From contig JAXMNT010000009.1 in the NCBI GenBank assembly GCA_034670305.1, positions 140,953 through 204,952 on the forward strand: a DNA stretch of 64,000 bases, read 5' to 3'. Each line of letters starts with the position of its first letter. The first letter of the stretch is position 1. The notes beneath the pieces were generated by a model, which worked only from the letters and a program-made list of their open reading frames with translations, had not been told where the DNA came from and did no database searches. Below, piece after piece: positions 36,521 through 45,676 of this stretch. A program made the position numbers and the translations under genes. This stretch comes from Deltaproteobacteria bacterium. GTDB lineage: Bacteria > Myxococcota_A > Polyangia > Polyangiales > Houyiibacteriaceae.

Positions 36521-37678
36521 TCAGAGCAGTTTACGGAAGAGGTGGAAGAAGTTCTCAAAGAAACGGTCCCCGAGAGAACGGTAATGGAAGGCTTTCCAGT
36601 CCACAGGGGGTGCCCGCTCCAGATCCAGAAGGAATTGTTGCTCGCAGGCCCCGGCCACGTCCGGATCCTCCACGGACACCGCCACCTCGAGGTTGAAACG
36701 CCAGGACCGGTAGTCGAGGTTGTAGGTGCCTACGGTGCACCAGGACCCGTCCACGACGGCGGTCTTGGCGTGCAGGATCTCGCCGCCCCATTCGTGCAGG
36801 TGGACGCCTCGCGCGTGGAACCACGCGTACTTCTTCCGGCTGGCGTGGTGCACGGCGAAGATGTCGTTCTTGCCGGGCACGATGATGCGAACTTCCACCC
36901 CCCGCGCCGCCGCTCGGGTCAGGGCCAGACGGATGCGTCGATCCGGCACGAAGTAGCTGTTGGTCACGTACACGCATCGGCGCGCGGCGCGGATGCGGCG
37001 CAAGTACTCGGCTCGGATGGCGCGCCGTTCGCCGAAGTAGTGGTTGGCCAACACCCGGACCGCAGCCTGGCCGGCTTCTTTGGAGACCTCTTCCTTCATG
37101 GGCGACGCGCCTTTGGTGAGCGAGCCGATGCCGTGAAAGAAGATCCGCCGCATCTGGGCGACCGAGGGCCCACGGATCCGGATCATGTCGTCCCGCCAGC
37201 CACCGCCTCCGTCTTCGAGCGAAGCCCAGGGGTCTCCGATGTTGACGCCCCCGGTGAATCCGACTTCCCGATCGACGATCAACATCTTGCGGTGGTTGCG
37301 GCGATTGACGACGCCGATGCGGAACCGGCGACGCCACGGCGCGATGGGGTTGTACTCGTGGACTTCGACCCCCTCGGCGCGCAGGCGCTGCCACATGGCT
37401 GGGTCCGCCTCGAAACTGCCAACCGCGTCGTACACGACCACGACCCGCACGCCGGCCTTGGCGCGCGCGATCAGCGCGTTCGCGAACCGCTGCCCAGTTC
37501 GGTCGGAGCCGAACCAGTACATCTCCAGCAGGATCTCGGAGCGGGCCCCGGCGATCGCTTCCAGCATCGCCGGGTAACACTCTTCGCCGTCGTGCAAGAG
37601 CGAGACGGAGTGTCCGCCTGCGAGTCCTTCGAAGCCTTCGGTGGACCCGAAGACGTTGCGCAGCTGGCCATACCCCAC
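36521..37678 (-). CDS. cls: Cardiolipin synthase (ClsB-like) / phospholipase D
   Basis: Two HKD motifs (NHRKMLIVD and LHAKTAVVD); WRD; YFVPD. Confidence 0.9.
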   Translation of the reverse strand: MGYGQLRNVFGSTEGFEGLAGGHSVSLLHDGEECYPAMLEAIAGARSEILLEMYWFGSDRTGQRFANALIARAKAGVRVVVVYDAVGSFEADPAMWQRLRAEGVEVHEYNPIAPWRRRFRIGVVNRRNHRKMLIVDREVGFTGGVNIGDPWASLEDGGGGWRDDMIRIRGPSVAQMRRIFFHGIGSLTKGASPMKEEVSKEAGQAAVRVLANHYFGERRAIRAEYLRRIRAARRCVYVTNSYFVPDRRIRLALTRAAARGVEVRIIVPGKNDIFAVHHASRKKYAWFHARGVHLHEWGGEILHAKTAVVDGSWCTVGTYNLDYRSWRFNLEVAVSVEDPDVAGACEQQFLLDLERAPPVDWKAFHYRSLGDRFFENFFHLFRKLL

Positions 37679-37779
37679 GGCTTACTTGTACCAGCGCGGC
37701 GAGATGCCTGGATCCCTGTCGCGTCTGCGGGCCGGGAAGGTGGGGTTCATAGGGACGCGCGCGAAGAAGCGCGCGGTGG

Positions 37780-38730
37780 TCAGATGTGGAACGTCAGGTG
37801 CGCGTGGATCCGCATCTGCAGTCCGACCGCGTCGCCGTTCTCTTCTAGGTCGACCGAACCGGCGGAGCCGGCCATCGAGATGCCTTGGCGGGTCATGTTG
37901 AGAAAGACCGCGTCGAACCCGGCGCCGAGGGAGACGACCCGGCCGAGTTTGATGTCGAGGCCGGCCCCGACGTCGAGCTCGAAGCCGTAGACGTCCGTCG
38001 TGCTCAAACTCGGGTCCATGTAATCGGCATCGCCCATCCACGCGTAGCCGAAGCCGGCGCGGATGTAGGGCTGTACACCGGGGATCGGGAAGTGAAGGGC
38101 CAGGTCGATGCCCGCGGTGCCGATCTCGAAGCCGAAGTAGCTCGCGATCGAAGCGCGTGCGCCGATCGTCAGCCAGTAGAGGCGGAACCCGAGCGCGAGA
38201 CCCCCGACGATGCCGCTGCCTTCGAGGCGCTCCGCTTCGGGGATGAAGTTGGTGGAGTCGAACTGGACGATGTTGACGAACGAGTACCCGCCCTGGAGCT
38301 CGATCCAGAACACGCCCCAGTCCTCCTCGTCTTCTTCTTCGTCTTCGGAGGCCTCCGGGTCATCGAGGCTCGACGAACGCGGCCGCGGGGTGGGCGAAGG
38401 GGCCGCCCGTGGAGCTGGCGCAGTCGGCTGAAGCTCGGGTTGAGCCTGAGCCTGCGGTTGCGTCTGCGGCTGCGGCTGAGTCTGCGGCTGAGTCTGCTGC
38501 TGTTGCTGAGTCTGCTGCTGTTGCTGAGTCTGCTGCTGTTGCTGCTGCTGTTGCTGAGTCTGCTGCTGTTGCTGAGTCTGCTGCTGTTGCTGTTGTTGCT
38601 GCTGCTGTGGGGGCGGCGCCGGTGTCGGCGGCGGCACCGTCTCGTCCACGCCCGCAGCCTGACCCAGCGCCACAGACGAGATCATCGATGATGCCAGCGC
38701 CACAACCATGCGCGTGCGCCAGCGACTCAC
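37780..38730 (-). CDS. Outer-membrane beta-barrel protein with an N-terminal polyGln/Pro linker
   Basis: GTG overlaps the yacG stop; signal-like N-terminus; QPYIRAGFGY; ends HLTFHI; polyQ at about 38455-38610. Confidence 0.7.
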   Translation of the reverse strand: MSRWRTRMVVALASSMISSVALGQAAGVDETVPPPTPAPPPQQQQQQQQQQTQQQQQTQQQQQQQQQTQQQQQTQQQQQTQPQTQPQPQTQPQAQAQPELQPTAPAPRAAPSPTPRPRSSSLDDPEASEDEEEDEEDWGVFWIELQGGYSFVNIVQFDSTNFIPEAERLEGSGIVGGLALGFRLYWLTIGARASIASYFGFEIGTAGIDLALHFPIPGVQPYIRAGFGYAWMGDADYMDPSLSTTDVYGFELDVGAGLDIKLGRVVSLGAGFDAVFLNMTRQGISMAGSAGSVDLEENGDAVGLQMRIHAHLTFHI

Positions 38731-38915
38731 GAGGGATCCTCGAGCTTGGTCTGCATCACTTCGGCCAACGCGATCGCGTCCAGCTCGTCCTCGGGAACCG
38801 TTGGTACGGCATACGCCCCCTCGAACCAGCTGCCGAGGTCGGCGCTTCGGCAGCGGCGGGAACAGAAGGGGCGAACTTCGGGGTCGCGCGGTTTTCCGCA
38901 GATGGGACAAGTCAT
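38727..38915 (-). CDS. yacG: DNA gyrase inhibitor YacG
   Basis: MTCPICGK...RPFCSRRCRSADLGSW; 62 aa, present in the ORF track only as the tail of a longer ORF. Confidence 0.92.
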   Translation of the reverse strand: MTCPICGKPRDPEVRPFCSRRCRSADLGSWFEGAYAVPTVPEDELDAIALAEVMQTKLEDPS

Positions 38916-39020
38916 GCAGTGAGGGTAGCAGGCCGAAGAGGCCGGGGAGGAGACCCGAAGCCAGAGGCGTGATCTCCCCGAAAACTTCGGCGCTTCGCCC
39001 CGCTCACGTAGGGTCGGGCG

Positions 39021-40739
39021 GTGTTGCGTATGCTCGCATGGGTCGCGGTGTGGGCGCTGTGGACCACCCCCACCGCGCTCGCGTGGACCGATGCTCAGGT
39101 CCAGACCGCCCGGGTGCGCGTGGAGGTCGATCCGCAGGCGCAAGCCACGGTCCAGGTCGAGTTGCGGGTGGAGGTTCGCGCGGGCTGGCTCGAGGGGCTC
39201 GAGGTGGCCGGGTTCGACGACGCGCTTCGGCTCGACGACGAGTCGGTGCGGTTCGAGGGCACCGAAGAAGAGGGCAGCTTTCACCCACGGGTCCGGCGCC
39301 GGGACGACGGCCGGATCCAGTTTCGATTCGAGCGCCGACACGCACCGCGCCGTGGCGCCTACCGGGTGTTGTTCAGCTACGTCTCCGATCTCACCTCGGT
39401 GCTCCGGCCCGTGGCGGAAGACGAGTCGCATCTGCATGTCGAGTGGACACTGCCCGGCTGGCGCTCCGGATTGGACGGAGTCGAGATCGCGCTGGTCTTG
39501 CCGGGCGACGCGATCTTTGGTGCCGACGAGTCCGAGCGGGCGACCGTGCAGCGGGACCGGACGACCATCGGCGGACAGACCCAGCTGGCTTGGCGCCGCG
39601 CGCACCTCCCACGCACGTTGCCGTGGCGGGTGACGGCGGCGGTGTCCCGAAGTGCGATGGATCCACAGGTCGTGACCGCCGCCACCGTACCCGCGCTCGC
39701 GACGCCGGCTGAACAGGACGCGGAACCACTGGAACCCGTGGTTGGCGCTCCGACCCGCGAAGCGACCGCGAGCGCTACTCGGCCCCTCGCGTTCGGGGCC
39801 TTGTTCGTGTTTTGCGGGTTGCTCTTGCTCGCGTTTCGCGCGGAGGCCATCCGGCTTCGCGCGAGCCCACGGGGGCTTTTGCCGGGGCCCCTCTGGATCC
39901 GGATCACGATGTTGGCGGCCGCCTGTGCCGTCGGCGCGTGGGCGGTCGCGACAGCGTGGATCTGGGGCGCGGCGACCGCCGCCACGCTCTGCATGGTGAT
40001 GAAGGAAACGGCCCCGCTGGCGCCGAAGCTCGGGCGCTGGGCCGCACTCGATGCCGAGGACGTGGACCGCCTGCGTCGCGAGGCGATCCTCGAGCGCGTC
40101 CGTCCGCTCTCGTGGTTCGATCCCTCGCGCGCCGCGGGCGTGGCGGTCTGGGTCGCGGGCGCGATCGCGATCCGCGCTTGGCTGAGCGCCGGTGCCGCGC
40201 TCGAAGATCTGTTGCCCTGCGTGGCCGCGGCGGCGGCTGCGTCTCTGACGTGCGGTTGGTCCCGGCTGCCCAAGTCGGTTGCCGAGAAGACGCAGCGCCT
40301 TCTCGAGTGGCAGAAACAGCAGCCGAGCCTGCGACTCGTTGGGCACACCTCGAGCGGAACCTCCGTGACCCTGCAGGACATCCGCCTGCGCGCGCCGCTC
40401 GACTGCGTGCGGGAGGGTTTGTTGCGCCTCGACTTGGTGGTCGCGCGTTCCGCCCCGATGGGCCTCGTCGTCACCCGCACCGGTTCGGATGCCGAGCACG
40501 CGTTGAGCGAAGCCGCGGGCACATCGGCCCCGGATCCCATCGTCGGTCCAGGCGGCCGGATCGCCCGCACCGCGCTGCTCGCCGACAGCCGTGCGGCCGC
40601 CGATCACATCGCAGCGTGGATGCGGGTACTCGAAGTTCCGCTCGAGGCGGCGCGCACGCAGCCGGCCGAAGCGCCTGGTCCTTCAGTCGACGCTGGGCGG
40701 CGCCGGCCCGGACTCGAGTCGTTCCAGGAGCGCGCGTAG
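39021..40739 (+). CDS. Hypothetical membrane protein with an exported N-terminal domain
   Basis: Signal peptide ending ALA-WT; several hydrophobic segments; TAGGGT lies 6 nt before the GTG. Confidence 0.65.
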   Translation: MLRMLAWVAVWALWTTPTALAWTDAQVQTARVRVEVDPQAQATVQVELRVEVRAGWLEGLEVAGFDDALRLDDESVRFEGTEEEGSFHPRVRRRDDGRIQFRFERRHAPRRGAYRVLFSYVSDLTSVLRPVAEDESHLHVEWTLPGWRSGLDGVEIALVLPGDAIFGADESERATVQRDRTTIGGQTQLAWRRAHLPRTLPWRVTAAVSRSAMDPQVVTAATVPALATPAEQDAEPLEPVVGAPTREATASATRPLAFGALFVFCGLLLLAFRAEAIRLRASPRGLLPGPLWIRITMLAAACAVGAWAVATAWIWGAATAATLCMVMKETAPLAPKLGRWAALDAEDVDRLRREAILERVRPLSWFDPSRAAGVAVWVAGAIAIRAWLSAGAALEDLLPCVAAAAAASLTCGWSRLPKSVAEKTQRLLEWQKQQPSLRLVGHTSSGTSVTLQDIRLRAPLDCVREGLLRLDLVVARSAPMGLVVTRTGSDAEHALSEAAGTSAPDPIVGPGGRIARTALLADSRAAADHIAAWMRVLEVPLEAARTQPAEAPGPSVDAGRRRPGLESFQERA

Positions 40740-42371
40740 CCGCGTGCGTACCCGGCGGTTCTCGGAACCGGCGAGCGCGACGCGGACCCGCTCGATGGCC
40801 CGCTCACCAAAGATCCGGTGAATGGCCGCGCTCGCGGGCTCTTGGTAGCGGTCGCTCGTCGCGGCTTCGAGGAGGTCGGTCAACATCTGAGGGTCGTTGC
40901 GCGCGTTCTCGTTGCGCACGAGCGAGAGTTCGTAGCGCTCGATGGCCTGGGGCCACGCGTTGTGGCGGACGAAGTCGCGTCCGAGCAGCAACGACGGCCG
41001 CGCGTCGTCCGGGTGCAGACGCTGGTAGACCCGCATCGCCCGATGGACCTCACGGTCGAGTGTGGTGCTTCGTTCCAGTCTCGACTGGAGCGCGGCGAGT
41101 TCGCGCGGCAGCGCCTCGTCGAACGGGTCGGCGGGGGCCACGACCTCCACCGGGACCACGGGCTCCGGCGGCTCGACCGCTTGGACCGGCTCGATTGGCT
41201 CGGGTGGGACGATCGGATCCGGCATGGTGGGCTGGGCGATCGGGACGGGGGGCGGGGTGGGGGCGGGCGTTCGCTTCGAGAGCCAGTAGGCGCCGCCCAA
41301 GAGCAGCATCGCCGCGGCCGCGACCAGCACCCAGCGGATCCGGGTGGGCGGAGGTTTCGGCGGGGCCCGCCGCGCTTCGATCAGCGTCTGTTCGCGGCGG
41401 GGTTCGATCGCGCCGCTCTCCATGCGTGCGGCCATCTCGGGCAGGGCGTCGAAGCGCTCGAGCAGCTCTTTGCAGTCGGCCGGCCGGTCCACGGGTTCTT
41501 TCGCCAGTGCGGTCAGCAGCAGTTCCTGCAGCTCCCGGCTGAGCACCAGGCCCGGCCGCATGCTGGCGGGGTCGGGCACCGGCTCGACCATGTGCGAACG
41601 GAACAGATCACTCCGACGGTCTTCCACGAACGGTGGTCGTCCGGTCAGGAGTTCGAAGAGCAGCACGCCGGCGGCGTAGACATCGGCGCGCGCATCGACG
41701 GTGCCGCCAGCGGCCTGTTCGGGGGCCATGTAAGCCGGCGTGCCGATGATGGTTCCCGCCTTGGTGAGGGTCGGCTCGCCTTCCCCGCCTTCGTCGTCGA
41801 TGTAGAGTTTCGCGAGCCCGAAATCCAGCAACTTCGGGTGGTGGGGTTCGTCCGGCAGCGACTGGAGAAACACGTTCCCGGGCTTGAGGTCGCGGTGAAG
41901 GATGCCGCGGCCGTGGGCGAACGCCATGCCGCGGAGGACGCCGCGTGCGATGTCCAGCGCGACGTGCGGATCGGGCGCGCCGCCGTCGTCGATGAAGTCC
42001 GCGAGCGAGAGGCCTTCGAGCAGCTCCATCACCAGGTAGGGCATGCCTTCGCAGATGCCGTAGTCGGTCAGCGCGACGATGTTGGGGTGGCTCAGCTGAC
42101 TGAGGATCCGGGCTTCGCGTTCAAAACGCCGGCGAAGCGACGAAACGTCCTCGAACCCGTGCCGAAGCACTTTCAACGCCACGGGCCGACGCAGACCGGT
42201 GTGCTCGGCGCGGTACACGACCCCGACGCCACCAGCACCGAGCACGCCCTCGATGCGGTAGCGGGCGTCGAGCACCCGCCCGATGAGCGGGTCGTCTTCG
42301 CCCAGCTTCTTTCTCACCGAGGTGATGCCGTCTGGCGGCCTCTCGGACGATGTTTGCGCCCGGCTGCCCAT
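40683..42371 (-). CDS. Membrane-anchored Ser/Thr protein kinase
   Basis: LGAGGVGVVY, VALK, HRDLKPGN, DFGLAK, GTPAYMAPE and DVYAAG motifs; TM helix; helical (TPR-like) C-terminus. Confidence 0.93.
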   Translation of the reverse strand: MGSRAQTSSERPPDGITSVRKKLGEDDPLIGRVLDARYRIEGVLGAGGVGVVYRAEHTGLRRPVALKVLRHGFEDVSSLRRRFEREARILSQLSHPNIVALTDYGICEGMPYLVMELLEGLSLADFIDDGGAPDPHVALDIARGVLRGMAFAHGRGILHRDLKPGNVFLQSLPDEPHHPKLLDFGLAKLYIDDEGGEGEPTLTKAGTIIGTPAYMAPEQAAGGTVDARADVYAAGVLLFELLTGRPPFVEDRRSDLFRSHMVEPVPDPASMRPGLVLSRELQELLLTALAKEPVDRPADCKELLERFDALPEMAARMESGAIEPRREQTLIEARRAPPKPPPTRIRWVLVAAAAMLLLGGAYWLSKRTPAPTPPPVPIAQPTMPDPIVPPEPIEPVQAVEPPEPVVPVEVVAPADPFDEALPRELAALQSRLERSTTLDREVHRAMRVYQRLHPDDARPSLLLGRDFVRHNAWPQAIERYELSLVRNENARNDPQMLTDLLEAATSDRYQEPASAAIHRIFGERAIERVRVALAGSENRRVRTRLRALLERLESGPAPPSVD

Positions 42372-42454
42372 CCGGGGTGCACTATACCACGGGCTCGCCC
42401 AGGACGAATGTCGGATGACGCCTGATCGCGATCCGCCCATGGCGATGAGGCCAA

Positions 42455-42612
42455 CGCGATCAGACCCGCGCGCTCAGGCCCGCGCGACCGCCCGCGTGCT
42501 CTGGCCCGCCGGGTCAGGCCCGCGCGAGCAGGCGCGCGACGAGGCCCGCGCGATCTGGCCCGCCCGGTCAGGCAAGCGCGGGTCAGGCCCGCGCGATCTG
42601 GTCGCGCGCAGG
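42455..42612. repeat. Degenerate ~14-bp tandem array (consensus tcaggcccgcgcga)
   Basis: About 11 imperfect units between the HD gene and the kinase start. Confidence 0.65.
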
Positions 42613-42647
42613 CTCCCGACCCAGACGCGGGGTTGCGTTCGGAGGGG

Positions 42648-43598
42648 TCAGAGGCCGAAGCGGTCGCGGTTGGCTTCGAGGAACTCGATGTAGTGCTCGA
42701 AGGGCTGCTGAGCTTCGACTTCACCGGCCCGGGCGACCTCATCCAGCTGTTTCATCAAGTCCCCGACGCGCTTGCTGGGCGGGATCTCGAAGTGCTCCAT
42801 GACCACCTTGCCGAGGCCCTTCGGCAGCGGCGCGACCTGCTCGTCCTCGGCCTGGAGCGCTTCGATGCGCTTCTTCAGATCGGAGATGTTGCGGACCCCG
42901 CGCTTGCGCTTGGCCGGCCGTTTGGTCGTGATGTCCGCGCGGCCGAGATCGAGTAGGTCCCGCAGACCCTCGCCCATCTGCTTGTAGAACCGGCGCACCG
43001 CGGCATCGGTCCACGACTCTTCGTACTGGCTCGGCCGCAGGTGAAACAGGATCAGAAAGTGGATGCGGTCTTCGAGCTGCTCGTCGAACCCGAGGCGGCG
43101 TCCCATCTTGCGGCGGAACATGCGCGCGCCGAGCTCGGCGTGGCCATGGAAGGTCACGCGGCCGCGTTCGTCGATCTTGCGGGTCTTGGGCTTGCCGATG
43201 TCGTGCAACAGCGCGCCCCACCGAACCGAGAGCCGCGGCACGCTCTGCATCACGACCTGCTTGGTGTGCTTCCAGACGTCCTTGTGACGCCACTCGGCGT
43301 CGCCGAGATCGACCATGGCTTCGACCTCGGGCATGAGCGCGCGGAACAGGCCCATGCGCTGCAGCGCCTCGAGTCCTTCGTCCACGCCGGGCACGATCAG
43401 GATCGCATCGAGGTGGGTGCGGAGGGTCTCGATCGGCAGCGCCTTCCATTCGGCTTCGGTCGGCTCGGGCGGCGACGACTCCAGCAGCGTGGGGTCGACC
43501 GCGACCAACATCGCCCAGTCGAGCGCTTCCAAGACGCGGGCGTGCACAGGCCCGGTGGGGGCCGGCGGAGCGCTGGAGTCGGTCAACATCTCGGTCAT
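42648..43598 (-). CDS. HD-domain protein resembling the C-terminal half of CCA-adding enzymes
   Basis: GLFRALMPEVEAM, HKDVWKHT, LLHDIGKPKT, TFHGHAELGA, HLRP, WTDAAVRR and ADITT motifs. Confidence 0.85.
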   Translation of the reverse strand: MTEMLTDSSAPPAPTGPVHARVLEALDWAMLVAVDPTLLESSPPEPTEAEWKALPIETLRTHLDAILIVPGVDEGLEALQRMGLFRALMPEVEAMVDLGDAEWRHKDVWKHTKQVVMQSVPRLSVRWGALLHDIGKPKTRKIDERGRVTFHGHAELGARMFRRKMGRRLGFDEQLEDRIHFLILFHLRPSQYEESWTDAAVRRFYKQMGEGLRDLLDLGRADITTKRPAKRKRGVRNISDLKKRIEALQAEDEQVAPLPKGLGKVVMEHFEIPPSKRVGDLMKQLDEVARAGEVEAQQPFEHYIEFLEANRDRFGL

Positions 43599-43804
43599 GG
43601 CAAGCTCGATGCACGAAAAGAGCCTAGAAAAGGCGGCCGTGCGGCAGACGGCGAAGTTAAGTCGCCCATGCCGCCCGCGCAAAGCGATCTTCCTTCTGGC
43701 CACTGCTGGCCAGGCTCGCATTGCGAGACTGGCCTTTCCTGGCCAGCGCCGCATACAACCTCCTACGCGTCGCGCGGCTGCGGAGCTGCGCCGCGTAGCA
43801 CCGA

Positions 43805-43943
43805 CCGATGCCCGGCGGCTTCGTCCGCTGGGCATCGGGCTCCGATTCGCGGCCGTCGCGAAACACACGGCGTCCACGACGCGGGCAAGGGCACGGGCAA
43901 GGGCAACGGCAAGGGAGCAGGTCGCTTTTCAGCGACCTGCTAG
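43805..43943 (+). repeat. Dispersed REP/MITE-like element, copy 1
   Basis: 43825-43943 nearly matches the reverse complement of 63878-64000; terminal hairpin agcaggtcgct-tttc-agcgacctgct ending in CTAG. Confidence 0.88.
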
Positions 43944-45613
43944 TGTTTGGCGGGGTCGGCGCCGGCGCCGGGGACGTCGTGGAGGGTCTCGTCCGCGCTT
44001 GGTTTGCTGCCGGCGGTCGCGATGTCGCTCGCGCTCGGGTCGTTCGAGGCGCCGCCCACCGTGGGCTTCGTGGACACCGCGGCGAGGTCCTCGAACCACG
44101 AGAAGAACTCGAGCAGCTTCGTCTTCCGTTCGGGCGAGAGGTAGTCGAAGTTCACGCCGCGGTCGCTGATCTCCCAGAACTCGCTCGACTTCACCTGGAG
44201 CAGCTCGTCGCGGATGCTCGCGAGCCGGTCGCGTCGTTCGCGTTCCATGTCGCGGTAGATCTCCCGCGCGAGCGGTTCGTCGCCCTTGAGCAGGTAGTAG
44301 GTGGCGAGTTTGACCTGGGCTTTGCGCACACCCCGAAGGCTGACCTCCTGAACGGCGCTCTCGCTCTCTTTGTCGACCTCCAGAAAGATGCGCAGCAGCT
44401 CTCGGGAGGCGGGCGAACGTTCGTCGAAGGCGAGCTCGTTGAGCGCACACAGGTCGTACGCCACCGTCTCGAGCACGAAGGGCAGCTTCGCGTTGTAGCC
44501 GACCAACCCGTAGTACTTGAAGTACCGGGCGATCTCGATGCTGGTGCTCCCGTCGCTGTACTGGAGCGCCCGCTCGGCCAAGAGCCGGTATTGGTTGAGC
44601 ACGTTGTACGCGGTGCGGACGTCGCGCGCGTTCACGGTCGCGCGTAGGTACGTGTTGAAGAACTTGAGGACCAGCTCGAACAGTTCTTCGTGCCCGTGTT
44701 CGAGCGCCCACTCGGCGATGTGCCGGGTGTTGATCGCGATCAAGTAGTTGATGTCGCGCATCCGGTTGAGCGCTTCGTTGTAGAGCGTCTGGTACTTGCG
44801 CAGCACCTTCATCTCGAACCAGATGCGGCGTCGCGTGACCGCCTCGAGCACCTCTTCGCTCATCGAGACGAAGTCCGGGTTGTGCGCCAACTCGCCTTCG
44901 ACGCGGAACCAGTTCGACTCCAGCGTCTCGCGCACCTTCTGGTAGTCGAGCACCATGGCTTTGAGCGCGTCGACGCTCGCCATGGAGATGCCCTTGTCCT
45001 TGTGTTCCATCGCGTTCAGCCCGACGTCCGCGAGCTGCTCGATGCCGCGCACCGCTTCCTTCTGTCGGTCGCCCATCGATCGCCGATCCCGCTGCGACAC
45101 GATCTTGATCGAGTGCCGCCGGATGCGATCAACGATCTGGATCGGGTTCAGGAAGTCGAAGACGAACGCGAAGTAGGGCAGCAAGATCAGCAGGCAGAAC
45201 GCCAGCATGCCAAGCGAGACCGTGATGCCGACGTAGGGGACGAAGTGTTCGTCGAACGTGACGCCCACGAAGATCGCGACGAGCGCGGAGACGACGAAGA
45301 ACCCCATCACGAGGAAGTTGATCGGCTCCTGTACGAAGAGCTCGGTGACGCGGTGCGTGTACCGGTTGGAGGCCAGTTCCACGATGATCGCGACGACCGT
45401 GATCGCGATGCCCAGGACCGCAGCGACGACTTCGCCGGCGTTGCCGATGGTGTTGGCGGCCGACGCGGGGTTCGGATGCCACAGGTTGCTGAGCTTCGAG
45501 AAGTCGCCGGCGTCGAGCCAGTTCGTTGCGAGGAAGATCGCCAACGAGGCGATCGCCAGCAGGCTCAGTGGAGCGAGCCAGATCCTCCATGCGCGCGGCT
45601 TCTCGGCGGCCAT
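43940..45613 (-). CDS. Membrane protein, DUF2254-like
   Basis: N-terminal TM helices (ITVVAIIVELASNRYT), IEQLADVGLNAM and a helical C-terminus; start MAAEKP. Confidence 0.7.
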   Translation of the reverse strand: MAAEKPRAWRIWLAPLSLLAIASLAIFLATNWLDAGDFSKLSNLWHPNPASAANTIGNAGEVVAAVLGIAITVVAIIVELASNRYTHRVTELFVQEPINFLVMGFFVVSALVAIFVGVTFDEHFVPYVGITVSLGMLAFCLLILLPYFAFVFDFLNPIQIVDRIRRHSIKIVSQRDRRSMGDRQKEAVRGIEQLADVGLNAMEHKDKGISMASVDALKAMVLDYQKVRETLESNWFRVEGELAHNPDFVSMSEEVLEAVTRRRIWFEMKVLRKYQTLYNEALNRMRDINYLIAINTRHIAEWALEHGHEELFELVLKFFNTYLRATVNARDVRTAYNVLNQYRLLAERALQYSDGSTSIEIARYFKYYGLVGYNAKLPFVLETVAYDLCALNELAFDERSPASRELLRIFLEVDKESESAVQEVSLRGVRKAQVKLATYYLLKGDEPLAREIYRDMERERRDRLASIRDELLQVKSSEFWEISDRGVNFDYLSPERKTKLLEFFSWFEDLAAVSTKPTVGGASNDPSASDIATAGSKPSADETLHDVPGAGADPAKH

Positions 45614-45676
45614 CGCGGGGAGCGTACCACCGGGGATGCTGGGTTGCGCTCTGCCGTTTTTGGGTATGATGCCGCC

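Noticed and set aside
37676-37750. In-frame TAA just upstream of the cls GTG, suggesting readthrough or a pseudogene
   Set aside because: The cls ORF from 37678 has both HKD motifs and a normal ClsB-like length; the upstream TGGTACAAGT looks more like a promoter
40683-40739. 57-bp 3' overlap between the convergent membrane protein and kinase genes
   Set aside because: Short convergent overlaps are common in GC-rich genomes
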